Below are positions 47,100-58,898 of a stretch of DNA of 64,000 nucleotides, piece after piece. Source of the stretch: an uncultured Candidatus Saccharibacteria bacterium (lineage in GTDB: Bacteria > Patescibacteriota > JABMPQ01 > JAQVVF01); the NCBI GenBank assembly GCA_964574655.1, contig CAZNOH010000003.1, positions 58,149-122,148 of the forward strand, given 5' to 3'. The position numbers and the translations under genes are program-made. A model generated the notes under the pieces. The model had not been told where the DNA came from and searched no databases. It saw only the letters and a list, made by a program, of their open reading frames with translations. The stretch's first letter is position 1. Each line of letters begins with the position of its first letter.

Positions 47100-48055
47100 A
47101 ACAAATTTATTTGGGAATTTTAAGAATTGGAGGTAGGCAGAATTGCAGATTGCAGGTAGGTCTTCTAGAAGACGACCGGCACGAACCCATTGGGGTTGTG
47201 CCACTCCGGTCGTTCGCCGATCGCGAACCCGAACGGGTCCTCGAATCGACGATTCTCTTCGTCCTCGATCTCGGGTGCCTTCATAACACAACTGGCCTCA
47301 CGCTTCCCGTTGATGAGCCTGGACCATCCGGACTTGCTCACGGAGCATCGCCGACCCACGCAGTGCTTGCCGCCCTTCACCTCGATCCCCATCTCCAGCA
47401 TGAACTGGATCTGAGTCTCGAAGGTGCTACAACCGTTGTTGTTCCCGTCCTCTCTGTCGCTCTCGCCACCACAGTCCTCCAGCCCCTCTGTCTCCACCTC
47501 ATCTCCCTCCTCTCCCTCGTCGTCCCAGCCACCGATCCAGCAGAACTGCTTGACCGGCTCGTTCTCACGCGACTTCTGGAGCTCGTCCTCCGCCGCCATC
47601 CAACGATCGATCTCCTCCTCCCACTTCTCGAACGTGGAGTCATCGACATCCGAGACCGCACCACGCAACTGCACCTCACGCTCGAGCTCCTTCCGTCGAT
47701 CCTGCTTGATCTGCCACGACGCCTGATAGTTCCGGCTTTTTCCATGTCCACCGATCAGCCGACCCCCACACTTGAGCCTCAAGCTCGAGTACGGAGTACC
47801 GTCGCCATTGTCGAAGCGATGCTTCCCTGTCCCCTCGATCGGCTCACCCCGCACCGGATCCTTCCTCCACTGCGCCACTGCCTTCTTCTTCTCCCTCTCC
47901 TGCTTCTCCCGCTGTTGCCGATAAGAGTCTTCGGTGCTATATTCACTGTCTGCGGACATCTCTCTTTCCCTCCGACCCATCAAAGCTCTGTGCTTGTGGG
48001 CATTTCTCGCCTTTTCCCTAGCGAGTCCCAAGGTTTTCGTACCCAAATATAGATA
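47100..48055. other. Sharply bounded GC-rich island of foreign composition
   Basis: Base composition switches abruptly from AT-rich to strongly GC-rich and back. Long ORFs on both strands, as expected for high-GC DNA. Confidence 0.7.
47165..48046 (-). CDS. High-GC, charged hypothetical protein of foreign (eukaryote- or high-GC-organism-like) origin; function unknown
   Basis: Only frame with protein-like composition (E/D/K/R-rich, G/C at third codon positions). The other island ORFs look like antisense artefacts. No recognisable domain. Confidence 0.35.
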   Translation of the reverse strand: MGTKTLGLAREKARNAHKHRALMGRREREMSADSEYSTEDSYRQQREKQEREKKKAVAQWRKDPVRGEPIEGTGKHRFDNGDGTPYSSLRLKCGGRLIGGHGKSRNYQASWQIKQDRRKELEREVQLRGAVSDVDDSTFEKWEEEIDRWMAAEDELQKSRENEPVKQFCWIGGWDDEGEEGDEVETEGLEDCGGESDREDGNNNGCSTFETQIQFMLEMGIEVKGGKHCVGRRCSVSKSGWSRLINGKREASCVMKAPEIEDEENRRFEDPFGFAIGERPEWHNPNGFVPVVF

Positions 48056-48322
48056 GAACTATCACAAAATATAGCATATTATTGTAGCATTACTAACTAA
48101 TAATGTCAAGACAAAAAACAAACCATCGTTTTTACCTTATTCAAGCCAAAAATATTAGTAATTAAGATATGGAAGATGTCTTGTTCTTCAATCTTGCAAA
48201 CCACTCACTAATTTAGTAAATTTATTATTTTACAAAAATTTAAAAAATTGCTATTATGACTTAATCTATTTTTACCTGCTCCTTGAAAACAAGGAGAGAT
48301 TGTCAAGACAGGAGGGAGAGAA

Positions 48323-49348
48323 ATGCAACTGCCGTTAAACCAAATCGATTTACTTAATACTTTTTCTCCTGAAGAACAACAATTTTTCCAACGTTTTTTT
48401 GTTCGCGATGGACATAGCATACACTTTGCTCCGAATGCATCGATCATTCAAAAAGGTGAAGAACACAATACCCACCTCTATGTTATTGTCTCTGGAACTG
48501 TTCTTGTCAATGTCGCTCGCCGGCGCATCACTCTGGAAACTGGCCGCTGTTTTGGCGAAATCAACTTCTTTGCAAAAAGCGGAAGAACTGCTACTATCAA
48601 TGCCGGACCTTCCGGAGCAATTGTTCTGGTCATCCCGAGAAAACTGTTCGATATCTACATGCTCAATCGTCCTGCTACCGCTCAAGTCGTCATCGAAAAT
48701 CTCGACAGCTTGATTGCAGAAAGACTTGCTCAGATCACCCAATTCTTGAGAAACGAACAAGAAAAACTCAATCAACTCCTCCCAGCAGATGAAGCTAATC
48801 TCCAAAGCAAGGCTTTTATTGGCCAGCTTTCTCAATCACTGCTCAAAGAAACTGTCACATTGTTGGCTGGACTCACTTCTGAAGAAATTGAACAGTTGAA
48901 TCTAGCCTTCAAAATCAAGAGATTCAAACCAAACCAACAATTCATTTTTGAAGGCGAAAGATCCAAAGAACTTTTGCATATTGTTTCCGGAACAGCAATC
49001 GTTCAAGATGTTGTCCGTTTGAATGTCGGCCAAAGTCTTGGCGATATTGCCTTTATTACCGATCTTCCCCGTACTGCCAATGTCTTTGCCGGACCTGTTG
49101 AACTAGAAGTTCGAGTTTTCACTCCTGAAACATTCAAAGAATTTGCCAGTTTCCTGCCATCAACAGCTGGAAAGATCAGACTCAACCTTGCTGAAATTCT
49201 AGCCACCCGCCTCCGTGCCACCCTCGAAATTATTGAAGGCTATCAAGAAAGAATCCATGAAACTGAAGAACAAGAAGAAGAAGAACCTCGCACTTTCACC
49301 GGTCGCCTCTTGCGCACCCTCACCAAGCCAATCAAATTTAATCGTTAG
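48323..49348 (+). CDS. Protein with two tandem cyclic-nucleotide-binding (CAP/PKA-R-type) domains and no obvious effector domain
   Basis: Two CNB cores (RCFGEINFFAKSGRTATINAGPSGAIVLVI and GQSLGDIAFITDLPRTANVFAGPVELEV). GGAGGGAGAG RBS. Confidence 0.7.
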   Translation: MQLPLNQIDLLNTFSPEEQQFFQRFFVRDGHSIHFAPNASIIQKGEEHNTHLYVIVSGTVLVNVARRRITLETGRCFGEINFFAKSGRTATINAGPSGAIVLVIPRKLFDIYMLNRPATAQVVIENLDSLIAERLAQITQFLRNEQEKLNQLLPADEANLQSKAFIGQLSQSLLKETVTLLAGLTSEEIEQLNLAFKIKRFKPNQQFIFEGERSKELLHIVSGTAIVQDVVRLNVGQSLGDIAFITDLPRTANVFAGPVELEVRVFTPETFKEFASFLPSTAGKIRLNLAEILATRLRATLEIIEGYQERIHETEEQEEEEPRTFTGRLLRTLTKPIKFNR

Positions 49349-49354
49349 CACCTA

Positions 49355-49378
49355 CTCGCATCTTGCGAGTTTTTTTGT
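49355..49378. terminator. Rho-independent terminator (ctcgcatcttgcgag + TTTTTTT)
   Basis: Seen directly. Confidence 0.65.
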
Positions 49379-49428
49379 ACAAAAAAATCGCCAGACAGCG
49401 ATACTTTTTACTTTTGCCTTTTTACTTT

Positions 49429-50835
<1,407 letters not shown>

Positions 50836-50863
50836 AATATTTAATATTTAATATCCGCAATAT

Positions 50864-52747
50864 TTACTTCTCAGGAATATGAAATACTAATATCGATCCT
50901 CCAATATTTTCAACAGGAACATACTTATCAATCCAAGAATAATCCTTTTCGAAATTTACTCGCGCATAATATTTCGAATTTTGATAATAAGTTGCTGAAA
51001 CTGCCAACCAACCAGTTGTTTCTCCAAAGCTAGATCTCCATGTTTCTTGCTTGTCACCCAAATAATATGCTGGCACAGATCCACCAAAATAATCAACCTT
51101 AATTTTTTCAATATTATTATCATCAACAAATTTTGCCAGTCTTTTTAAATCCTGACCCCAATCAGTATTAGAATCAACAGAATATTTATAGCCATTTTTA
51201 TATCCTCCGACCATTTCATTATAATAAGATAAATAATACGGCCAAATTTGAATTTGCACTATGATGCACCACAAAACCAAGACAACGCCAAAAATAATTC
51301 TAGGAATTTTAAACTTTTTCGAAATGAAACATTGATCATTGCCCTTATCCTCTCGCATTAGAGATTCCTTAGAAAAGGGAATTAAGCAAATTTTCGAAAA
51401 TCCCCACCCGCACAACATTATCATAAAAGGCCATAAACCCAAAATATGCCTTAAGCCAATATTTAAGTTCCCTAAAACTCCAACCATCATAAACATTAAC
51501 ATGCAAGTGATTGCAATAAAGAAAAACAAATAATCATTCGCTATCTTCACAAATCCAGTCCAAACTCTATTCCATCTGCCTTGTACATCAAGTTGTTCTC
51601 GATCTTTTTTTGCTCGCTTAAAAATACAAAAAGCTAAAATAATTAATGACAGCCACATCAAAATCTGCAAGACTAGCGTTGTTTTGATTAAAAATGAAAC
51701 TGGGTAAAAATACCACCAAGACTGATTAGATGTTTGACCCAAAAAATATGTCGTATTTCCGCCAGAAACTCTTGCAAAAACCATCCGAAGCCCTAAACCA
51801 TAATAAGCATAAGGCCGTAAAATATTATTGTCTGACATTTTATGCAAAACATTTTTTACCTGAATGGACAAATTATCATCTTGCTGCAACGATCCATCAA
51901 TTGTCTGATGAATTTTTGCAACCGGCATATTACTTGTGAATACTGCATACACCGCTCCAACAAGAGAAAATCCAATCGCGCAAATCAAAATAAAAGAAAT
52001 TGAAAACATCCATAATCTGCCAAGCCAAGCTCTTTTAAATTTATTATATCCCAAAAAAGTTATTGGGCTAGTTGGCCTCCACACAAATAACAAAACAAAA
52101 ATCAACAACATCATATAAACAACCAACAAAATATTAGAAAATTTTGCCAATTGCGCTATTCCAAAAAATATCCCGCTCGCCCACAAATACCAGCCTTGCG
52201 GTTTTTTAATGAATTTATAAAAATAATAAATTGCAAAGAAGAAAGTTGCCATGGCACCCAAATCAGTTGTTACTAATCTAGAATGGGCTAAAATATTTGG
52301 CGATAAACAATAGAAGAATAAACAAATAAGTCCGACTTTCCAACCCCAAAGCTCTCTTGCAAATCGATAAATAAACAATCCTAATATTAATGCCAAAATC
52401 AAAACCGGAATTCTTGTTAATAACAAAATTTGATCAGCATTATTGCCCAACCTATAAATAAATTCCCATCCGCATTCCCACTGGCCATTTGTATCTATTG
52501 TCCAGCAAATTTTATCCAATGGGAACTTTAAATCTTTAACAAACAAAAGTGGCAAGGCATCCCAAGCTTTAATCAACGGCGGATGTTCTGGATTCAATCT
52601 ATAATCAAAATACTTAATGTAAGAATAACCAGCTGGAATATGCGCCACTTCATCAGTTGTGCCAGAATCATTCATCAAAGAAAAAAGGCCCAAAACAAAC
52701 ATTGCGCCTAACATTAGTAAAACGAATAACCATTGAAATTTTTTCAT
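50864..52747 (-). CDS. GT-C fold glycosyltransferase of the PMT/ArnT family (polyprenyl-phosphate-sugar dependent)
   Basis: Polytopic N-terminal domain with a DE motif in the first loop (TTDEVAHIPAGYSY). Large C-terminal soluble domain. Confidence 0.55.
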   Translation of the reverse strand: MKKFQWLFVLLMLGAMFVLGLFSLMNDSGTTDEVAHIPAGYSYIKYFDYRLNPEHPPLIKAWDALPLLFVKDLKFPLDKICWTIDTNGQWECGWEFIYRLGNNADQILLLTRIPVLILALILGLFIYRFARELWGWKVGLICLFFYCLSPNILAHSRLVTTDLGAMATFFFAIYYFYKFIKKPQGWYLWASGIFFGIAQLAKFSNILLVVYMMLLIFVLLFVWRPTSPITFLGYNKFKRAWLGRLWMFSISFILICAIGFSLVGAVYAVFTSNMPVAKIHQTIDGSLQQDDNLSIQVKNVLHKMSDNNILRPYAYYGLGLRMVFARVSGGNTTYFLGQTSNQSWWYFYPVSFLIKTTLVLQILMWLSLIILAFCIFKRAKKDREQLDVQGRWNRVWTGFVKIANDYLFFFIAITCMLMFMMVGVLGNLNIGLRHILGLWPFMIMLCGWGFSKICLIPFSKESLMREDKGNDQCFISKKFKIPRIIFGVVLVLWCIIVQIQIWPYYLSYYNEMVGGYKNGYKYSVDSNTDWGQDLKRLAKFVDDNNIEKIKVDYFGGSVPAYYLGDKQETWRSSFGETTGWLAVSATYYQNSKYYARVNFEKDYSWIDKYVPVENIGGSILVFHIPEK

Positions 52748-52756
52748 CTTTTTGTT

Positions 52757-53368
52757 TTATTTTTTTATCTCTTCTTTCTCCACAACTTTAAACAATTGTT
52801 TCTTCAAAAACATCACGATAAAAACAATTATTAGTCCAATTACAAAAATCAATGTCATAAACAACACGCCATTCTGAACATACTGCCTTAATACTTGCCA
52901 AGACTCTCCGAAAAAATAACCTAATAAAGTCATTACAGTTGCCCAAACAAAACTGCCGATTGCATTTAACAATAAAAATTTTCCAAAATTCATTTTCAAT
53001 GCTCCAGCCAAAATCAAAACCATCGCTCTAACTCCATACACAAATCTAACTAACAAAATTGTTTTGCTCGCATTTTCTTTTAAAAGTTGATCAAGGCCAA
53101 TTGCTTTTTCTTTTTTTCCAATCAATACTTTTTGCAATCTTGCAACTAACGCTTTTTCACCAAATCTGCCAAGAAAATACCATACAATATCAACTAACAA
53201 TACTGCAACAGTCGCCAGAAGAATAACTAAAAAAACATTAAAATAACCTTGAGCAGCTAAAAATCCAGCTGCCAAAAGTAAAATTTCTCCACCAACAACA
53301 ACGCCGGCAAAAACACCGATATAGCCATATTGTATTAAAAGCGCCGAAAGCGCAGGTAATTCTAACAT
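52757..53368 (-). CDS. DedA/TVP38-family membrane protein
   Basis: FVYGVRAMVLILAGALKMNFGKFLLLNAIGSFVWA core. Confidence 0.7.
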   Translation of the reverse strand: MLELPALSALLIQYGYIGVFAGVVVGGEILLLAAGFLAAQGYFNVFLVILLATVAVLLVDIVWYFLGRFGEKALVARLQKVLIGKKEKAIGLDQLLKENASKTILLVRFVYGVRAMVLILAGALKMNFGKFLLLNAIGSFVWATVMTLLGYFFGESWQVLRQYVQNGVLFMTLIFVIGLIIVFIVMFLKKQLFKVVEKEEIKK

Positions 53369-53374
53369 AAGTAA

Positions 53375-54895
53375 TTAATTATTTTGTTTTTTTAATGCTA
53401 AACTCTGTCCAGCAATTATTAGACCTATCAAAAACCAAATATGAATAATATATAAAGATGAAAATGTCATATATTGAATTAGGATGCCAGCAAAAGCAAT
53501 TGTCATGCCGATAACTAAAGTTTTAACAATAAAATCATTGCTTTTCATCCAAACTTTGATTGTTCTAAAAAATATAAAAAATATCATTCCTAAAAAAATC
53601 AACAAACCAAAAATCCCATTCTCTGCCCAAATTTCCAAATATTCATTATTAACAATTGCCCAACCATTTTTAGGAACTGACATCGCACCTTGTGCCACTT
53701 CTGGTCCAAAGCCTCCGACAGAAACTCCAAGCAAAGGATTTCTTTGAATTATAAACCAAGCTTGCTTATATGTTGAATATCTTTCTTCTATCGATGCGCC
53801 TTCTTCAAACTCTGTTGCTTGCTCTGTGAAATTTTTAAGATTAACATCTTTCCTAGTAAATTTTAATAAATAGATTGTCGAAACAATCGCAATGATCGCA
53901 ATCGTTGCAATTATAATAATTCTTTTAGGCGAAAAAAATGATTTAAAATAAAATATTGCGAACAAAACAAGCATGCCTGCAAATCCCAAATATGCGCCTC
54001 TAGAAACGGTTAGAACTAAATTCAATGTCGTCAAACCCAAAATAATAAATAGCACTGCCGAACCACCAAGTTCAAAAATTATTTTTTGCGTTTTCGTTAA
54101 CTTCTTTTTTCCTTCTTCTGCAATAGATATATTATCTTTAACATCGCCTTTTTTTCTAGCTAATATCAAAGCCAAACAAATTCCAATTGGTATCAGCAAA
54201 AAGTTAGCAAAATACAATGGCTCGCTAGATGTTCCTTGAATTCTTGGAAAACCAAAGACTTCAGATGTGTAGATATTTCTAAGTCCGGTAATTTCTTTCG
54301 GAATGCCAATCATATCCCCCACAAATTGAAAAAGACCATAGATTGCAACAACTAGACTAGACAATAATATTACCCAAACCATTTTTTTAAATAATTCTTT
54401 TGAATTAATTAAGCTCGGAATAATCAACGCCACTAACATTACAAAAAAATTAAAACCAAGAATAGTCAAACTTCTAGTAATATTTTGCGCATTCACTAAT
54501 GACAAAACTGAAACACCAGTAAACAAAAAAACAAAAATTACTAATGGATTTTTAACATAATTATTTTTTTTAAAAGCTAATGAAACCATTGCAAAAACAA
54601 GCAAAGTAATCATTGCAAAAACTTGCGAAATTCTAACTGTCATACTGCCAACTTCAAACGATCCTAATCTCTCAAATGGCAAAAAAAATGCTACCAAAAA
54701 TAATCCAAAATATGGCTTTTTAAATATTATTAAAGACAATCCGATAAAAATCATTGCCCCGATCAAAAAAACAAAAACAGACTTGTACTGATTATTAACT
54801 AAAACGCCAGTTATCGCGCACACAACCAAAACAACGATAGTTTTTACTATGTTTTCTTTGCTAAAAATATTCAGTTTTTCAATTGCTAGAGCCAT
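53375..54895 (-). CDS. O-antigen ligase/polymerase-family membrane protein (second copy)
   Basis: NEYLEIWAENGIFGLL motif. About 12 TM. Confidence 0.5.
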   Translation of the reverse strand: MALAIEKLNIFSKENIVKTIVVLVVCAITGVLVNNQYKSVFVFLIGAMIFIGLSLIIFKKPYFGLFLVAFFLPFERLGSFEVGSMTVRISQVFAMITLLVFAMVSLAFKKNNYVKNPLVIFVFLFTGVSVLSLVNAQNITRSLTILGFNFFVMLVALIIPSLINSKELFKKMVWVILLSSLVVAIYGLFQFVGDMIGIPKEITGLRNIYTSEVFGFPRIQGTSSEPLYFANFLLIPIGICLALILARKKGDVKDNISIAEEGKKKLTKTQKIIFELGGSAVLFIILGLTTLNLVLTVSRGAYLGFAGMLVLFAIFYFKSFFSPKRIIIIATIAIIAIVSTIYLLKFTRKDVNLKNFTEQATEFEEGASIEERYSTYKQAWFIIQRNPLLGVSVGGFGPEVAQGAMSVPKNGWAIVNNEYLEIWAENGIFGLLIFLGMIFFIFFRTIKVWMKSNDFIVKTLVIGMTIAFAGILIQYMTFSSLYIIHIWFLIGLIIAGQSLALKKQNN

Positions 54896-55036
54896 AACAA
54901 AAATAGTTTAGGCTTCAAAAAACTTAGCTTTATTTTACCTTATTTTTAACAATTTAACAATTGGGCAATTCAACAATTCAAGATATTAAAAAAGAGCATA
55001 AATTGCTCTTACTTTTTACTTTATAACTTTAAAACC

Positions 55037-56125
55037 TTATAAACTTTCGTACACGCTCAACGTCTCTCTCGCACATTTTTCCCACGAAAAGTTACTAGCT
55101 TGTTTTAATCCATCAGCCTTCATCATTATTTGCTTCTCGCCATTATTTAAAACATCAATAATATTTTTTATCCATAATTCTTTATTTTCCGGATCCAACA
55201 AGATTCCGGCATTACTAACAACTTCCGGCAACGATGAAGAATTTGAAGAAATAACTGGCACACCGCATTTCATTGCTTCCAAAATCGGCAAACCAAAACC
55301 TTCATAAATTGATGGAAACGCAAACAATTTAGCGCCATTATATAAATATGGCAGATCCAAATCATCAACGTAATTCGTAAAAATCACTTTATCTTTAATC
55401 CCTAAATTTTCAATTTCACGAAACAAATTTTCATATCTCCAACCTTTTTTTCCAGCAACAACAAGTTTCAAATCACCAATACCCGAATTTCCAAATTTCC
55501 GAATATCTTTTACCACATCAGCGAAAACTTTAACGAAAAATTCCAAATTCTTTCTCGGCTCCAAAGTTCCAACATTCAAAATATAATCTCCGCTAATTTT
55601 ATATCTTTTCTTCACTTGTTCAATTTTATTTAAGTCAGTTATCACTTTAAATTCATCGCCAGCTGCTTCATAAATTACTTTTATTTTATTAGAATCTAAT
55701 CCCAATTTTTCAACCAAATCTTTTTTTGCACTTTCTGAAATCGTAATATAATAATCAGCAAATTTATACGACCAAGGCATTAATTTTGTAAAATAAAATC
55801 TTGAAGCTCTGGAAAAATTTTCCGGATAAATTAATGGAATAATGTCATGAATTGTCACAACCTTTTTAAATTTTCCAAATCTTGGCACCGAAAAACAAGT
55901 TTTATGAATAATATCAGCCTTAACTTTTTTTGCTTTTTTAACAAAACCAACTTGATCCCACCAAATTCTTTCATAAGTTCTCAAGTCTTTTTCTTTTCCT
56001 GAATCAATTAAAAAATATTCATTTTGAGTATCAATTTTTTTCAAATTTTCAACCAAATTTTTAACGTAAAAACCAAAACCGCTCTTCTTCCCTAACATTG
56101 TTTGTGTATCAATTACGATCTTCAT
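55037..56125 (-). CDS. GT4-family glycosyltransferase (GT-B, group 1)
   Basis: EGFGLPILEAMKCGVPVISSNSSSLPEV. Confidence 0.8.
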   Translation of the reverse strand: MKIVIDTQTMLGKKSGFGFYVKNLVENLKKIDTQNEYFLIDSGKEKDLRTYERIWWDQVGFVKKAKKVKADIIHKTCFSVPRFGKFKKVVTIHDIIPLIYPENFSRASRFYFTKLMPWSYKFADYYITISESAKKDLVEKLGLDSNKIKVIYEAAGDEFKVITDLNKIEQVKKRYKISGDYILNVGTLEPRKNLEFFVKVFADVVKDIRKFGNSGIGDLKLVVAGKKGWRYENLFREIENLGIKDKVIFTNYVDDLDLPYLYNGAKLFAFPSIYEGFGLPILEAMKCGVPVISSNSSSLPEVVSNAGILLDPENKELWIKNIIDVLNNGEKQIMMKADGLKQASNFSWEKCARETLSVYESL

Positions 56126-57592
56126 TTATAAATCATTATTTTTAATAACAACACCTTCTTTTGATAATTCATCTTTGCGCATAGAAATAATTTCTTTTAC
56201 CTCGCCAATCAAAATCGCTTTGATCAAGAATGCTATTCCAAAATAAACTGCCATTGCAATTAATCCTCTAATGGCAAAATTCCAAGAATCAGGCATTAGA
56301 AATAAAACTATTACCATAAAAATTCCAGCAAATAAAGACTTACCAGCAATTTTATAATTCAAGCCAACTTTTTCTAACCGCCAAATAATCAAGGCTGTAA
56401 GTATCGCCACAGACACTTCAGAAACAACAGTTGCGATTGCCGCGCCATAATATGAATATTTTGGAATCAGCCATAAACATAAAACAACTGCTAAAATTGC
56501 TGTAAAAATATAAACCCACATTGTCTTATGCTGTCTGTTAGCTGCGACTGCTGCATTGCCAAAAAGATGAGAGAAAAAAATCGCGCCAGTAGCAATAATT
56601 AATAATTTCAAAACATTCCCAGAATCTGCAAAATCAACGCCTCCAAAAAATGCCATTATCGGTTCAGCTAAAAAGAGTGTTCCAATAATTAACGGCACAA
56701 CAAAAATTATCAAAACATCAAACCCTTTTTTGTAAATTTCAGCAAACTTTTTTCTATCTTCTTCAAAAAACTTTGACATTACCGGCAATAGCAATCCAGC
56801 AAATATTGCTGCAAAAGTAATCAAGACTTCCAGAACTTTATAAGCAGCGCCATAAACACCGACATCGCTTTCTGATTTCATAATTGATAAAAACAAAGTA
56901 TCAACTTTAAAATAAATCAAATTAAAAACAACAGAAAAAGCTAAAGGCGCAGTCATTATTAATATTTTTTTCCATAATGAAAAATCAAAAGCTAGCTTTA
57001 CTTTCACATATTTTCTAGAATAAAAAAATAAAACTAAAAAATTAACTAAATTAGACAATGCAATTCCAAAAATCATGTACAAAATTGAAGACTGCGTATA
57101 GATAACTAATACTACTGCTATCAACCAAACTATTCTGCCTGCAACTTCTGCAACAGCAACCTTATACATTGAAAAATATTTTTGAAAAACGCCAATCAAA
57201 GTCTGATTCAATAAAATAAATAAATAAGAAGAAGCTCCAACCACAACGCCCCATTTTACAATTGGATCATAAGGAAAAAGCCAAATTACTAAAGAACCAA
57301 TTGTCAATATTACTAAACCAGACAACCCCTTTATTGTCATCGCATTGCTGACAAACTTATCTTGATCAATATTCTTCTTAGATATTTCACGAGTCACAAC
57401 CAAATACAAACCCAAATCAGCCATAATCGAAAAAACAGACAAATAAGCCATAATTGTCGTGTATTGTCCAAATCCTGATCGGCCTAGATACCTCAACATT
57501 AATGAAACAGTCACTAATGCCAAAACCATGCCGATCCCTTTTCCCACAAATTGTATTAAAGTATTATGCGCTACTTTTTGAGCTAAAGACAT
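56126..57592 (-). CDS. Polysaccharide biosynthesis flippase (Wzx/MOP family)
   Basis: 488 aa, about 14 TM, typical Wzx architecture. Start overlaps the GT4 stop. Confidence 0.65.
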   Translation of the reverse strand: MSLAQKVAHNTLIQFVGKGIGMVLALVTVSLMLRYLGRSGFGQYTTIMAYLSVFSIMADLGLYLVVTREISKKNIDQDKFVSNAMTIKGLSGLVILTIGSLVIWLFPYDPIVKWGVVVGASSYLFILLNQTLIGVFQKYFSMYKVAVAEVAGRIVWLIAVVLVIYTQSSILYMIFGIALSNLVNFLVLFFYSRKYVKVKLAFDFSLWKKILIMTAPLAFSVVFNLIYFKVDTLFLSIMKSESDVGVYGAAYKVLEVLITFAAIFAGLLLPVMSKFFEEDRKKFAEIYKKGFDVLIIFVVPLIIGTLFLAEPIMAFFGGVDFADSGNVLKLLIIATGAIFFSHLFGNAAVAANRQHKTMWVYIFTAILAVVLCLWLIPKYSYYGAAIATVVSEVSVAILTALIIWRLEKVGLNYKIAGKSLFAGIFMVIVLFLMPDSWNFAIRGLIAMAVYFGIAFLIKAILIGEVKEIISMRKDELSKEGVVIKNNDL

Positions 57593-57728
57593 TCCTAAAA
57601 AGTTAAATCTAAAAAATCAAAATTAAAAAATATTTCTTTCTTTAAAATTTTACCATTTTTTCAAATTACCTTCAATAAAAAACAGATTTAAAAAAATCTG
57701 CATATTTAATATCCAAGTATCAGATTTT

Positions 57729-58292
57729 CTACTCTGTATCTTTCATTACCACGTCCGACACCATTTCTTTATGTTCAATTTTGGCAACTTCCGGCATCAA
57801 AATTTTATCTTTAACAAAATCATCTTTTACAACTATTGCGCTTTTACTTATTGAAACAATTTTGTCAAAAGAAATAATTAACCTTCCCTTGAACAAATCT
57901 CGCAAAAAATTAGTTTTTACGTACAACTTATCAATCTTATAAGAAATATTATCAAGGAAAAAATTAAAAACAATCCCTAATTCCTTATTGCTTTCTGTTA
58001 CCACATTATTGCCTTTTATTTTAATATCTTTTTTCAAAAGCTCTTCGAATAAACTAAAATTTCTTAAAGGCTTCACTGCAACATCACTTGCAACAAAAAT
58101 GCCATCATCTTTAAATTCTTTAATTTCTTCCAACCTCAAAATTCTTTGCTCCTTCAAAAGACCTTCTGAAAGTTGCAGTCCTAATAATTTGCCAGTCTCA
58201 AAATTAATAATCAATTCTTTCACTCTGCCAACTTCATTACTGCCTCCAAAAATCATAATTGGCAACCCGATTGTCTTGTTATAATTAATCAT
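57729..58292 (-). CDS. PRC-barrel domain protein
   Basis: GLPIMIFGGSNEVGRVKELIINFETGKLLGLQL resembles YlmC/YmxH-type PRC barrels. Confidence 0.4.
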   Translation of the reverse strand: MINYNKTIGLPIMIFGGSNEVGRVKELIINFETGKLLGLQLSEGLLKEQRILRLEEIKEFKDDGIFVASDVAVKPLRNFSLFEELLKKDIKIKGNNVVTESNKELGIVFNFFLDNISYKIDKLYVKTNFLRDLFKGRLIISFDKIVSISKSAIVVKDDFVKDKILMPEVAKIEHKEMVSDVVMKDTE

Positions 58293-58338
58293 AACATTTT
58301 AAAAACATAAAAATAAAATTTTTTATATTTTTAGTTTT

Positions 58339-58842
58339 TTAGATTTTTAAGTCTCTTGGCTTTACAATTATTTTTCTATTTGGATCTTCTCCAATACTTT
58401 CTGTACAAACTCTTTCGTCATTGGCAAGAAACATATGAACTACCCTTCTTTCATACGCTGTCATTGGTCTTAAAACAATTTGCTTGTTCATCATCACCAC
58501 TCTCTCAGAAACATCAAATGCTAATTTTCTTAAATACTCTTCTTTTTCCTGCCTATAATTATTTACATCAATATAAAATGGAATTTCAGAAACATTTTTT
58601 CTTTTTAAAAATACTTTTGCCAAATACTGAATTGCAAATAAATTGCAACCCCTTTGACCAATTAAATAATTTGCGTCATCTGCTTCAATATTAAAACAAA
58701 CAATTTCCTTTCCTTCTTTTTCATCAATCTTAGTATTAATTTTTGCAGAAATTCCCATTTTAATTACTAAATCGTCAACTACTCCTTTTACCTCCTCAAT
58801 ACTTGTTGCATTGATCTCGTTCATAAATTTGACAGTTAACAA
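58339..58842 (-). CDS. jag: Jag/KhpB-like RNA-binding protein (KH + R3H)
   Basis: C-terminal R3H motif YERRVVHMFLANDERVCTESIGEDPNRKIIVKP. Position next to yidC. Confidence 0.7.
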   Translation of the reverse strand: MLTVKFMNEINATSIEEVKGVVDDLVIKMGISAKINTKIDEKEGKEIVCFNIEADDANYLIGQRGCNLFAIQYLAKVFLKRKNVSEIPFYIDVNNYRQEKEEYLRKLAFDVSERVVMMNKQIVLRPMTAYERRVVHMFLANDERVCTESIGEDPNRKIIVKPRDLKI

Positions 58843-58898
58843 TTAACTCTTAACAACTAACAAACATTAATTGCCAAATTGTTAAATGTTAACCAAAT

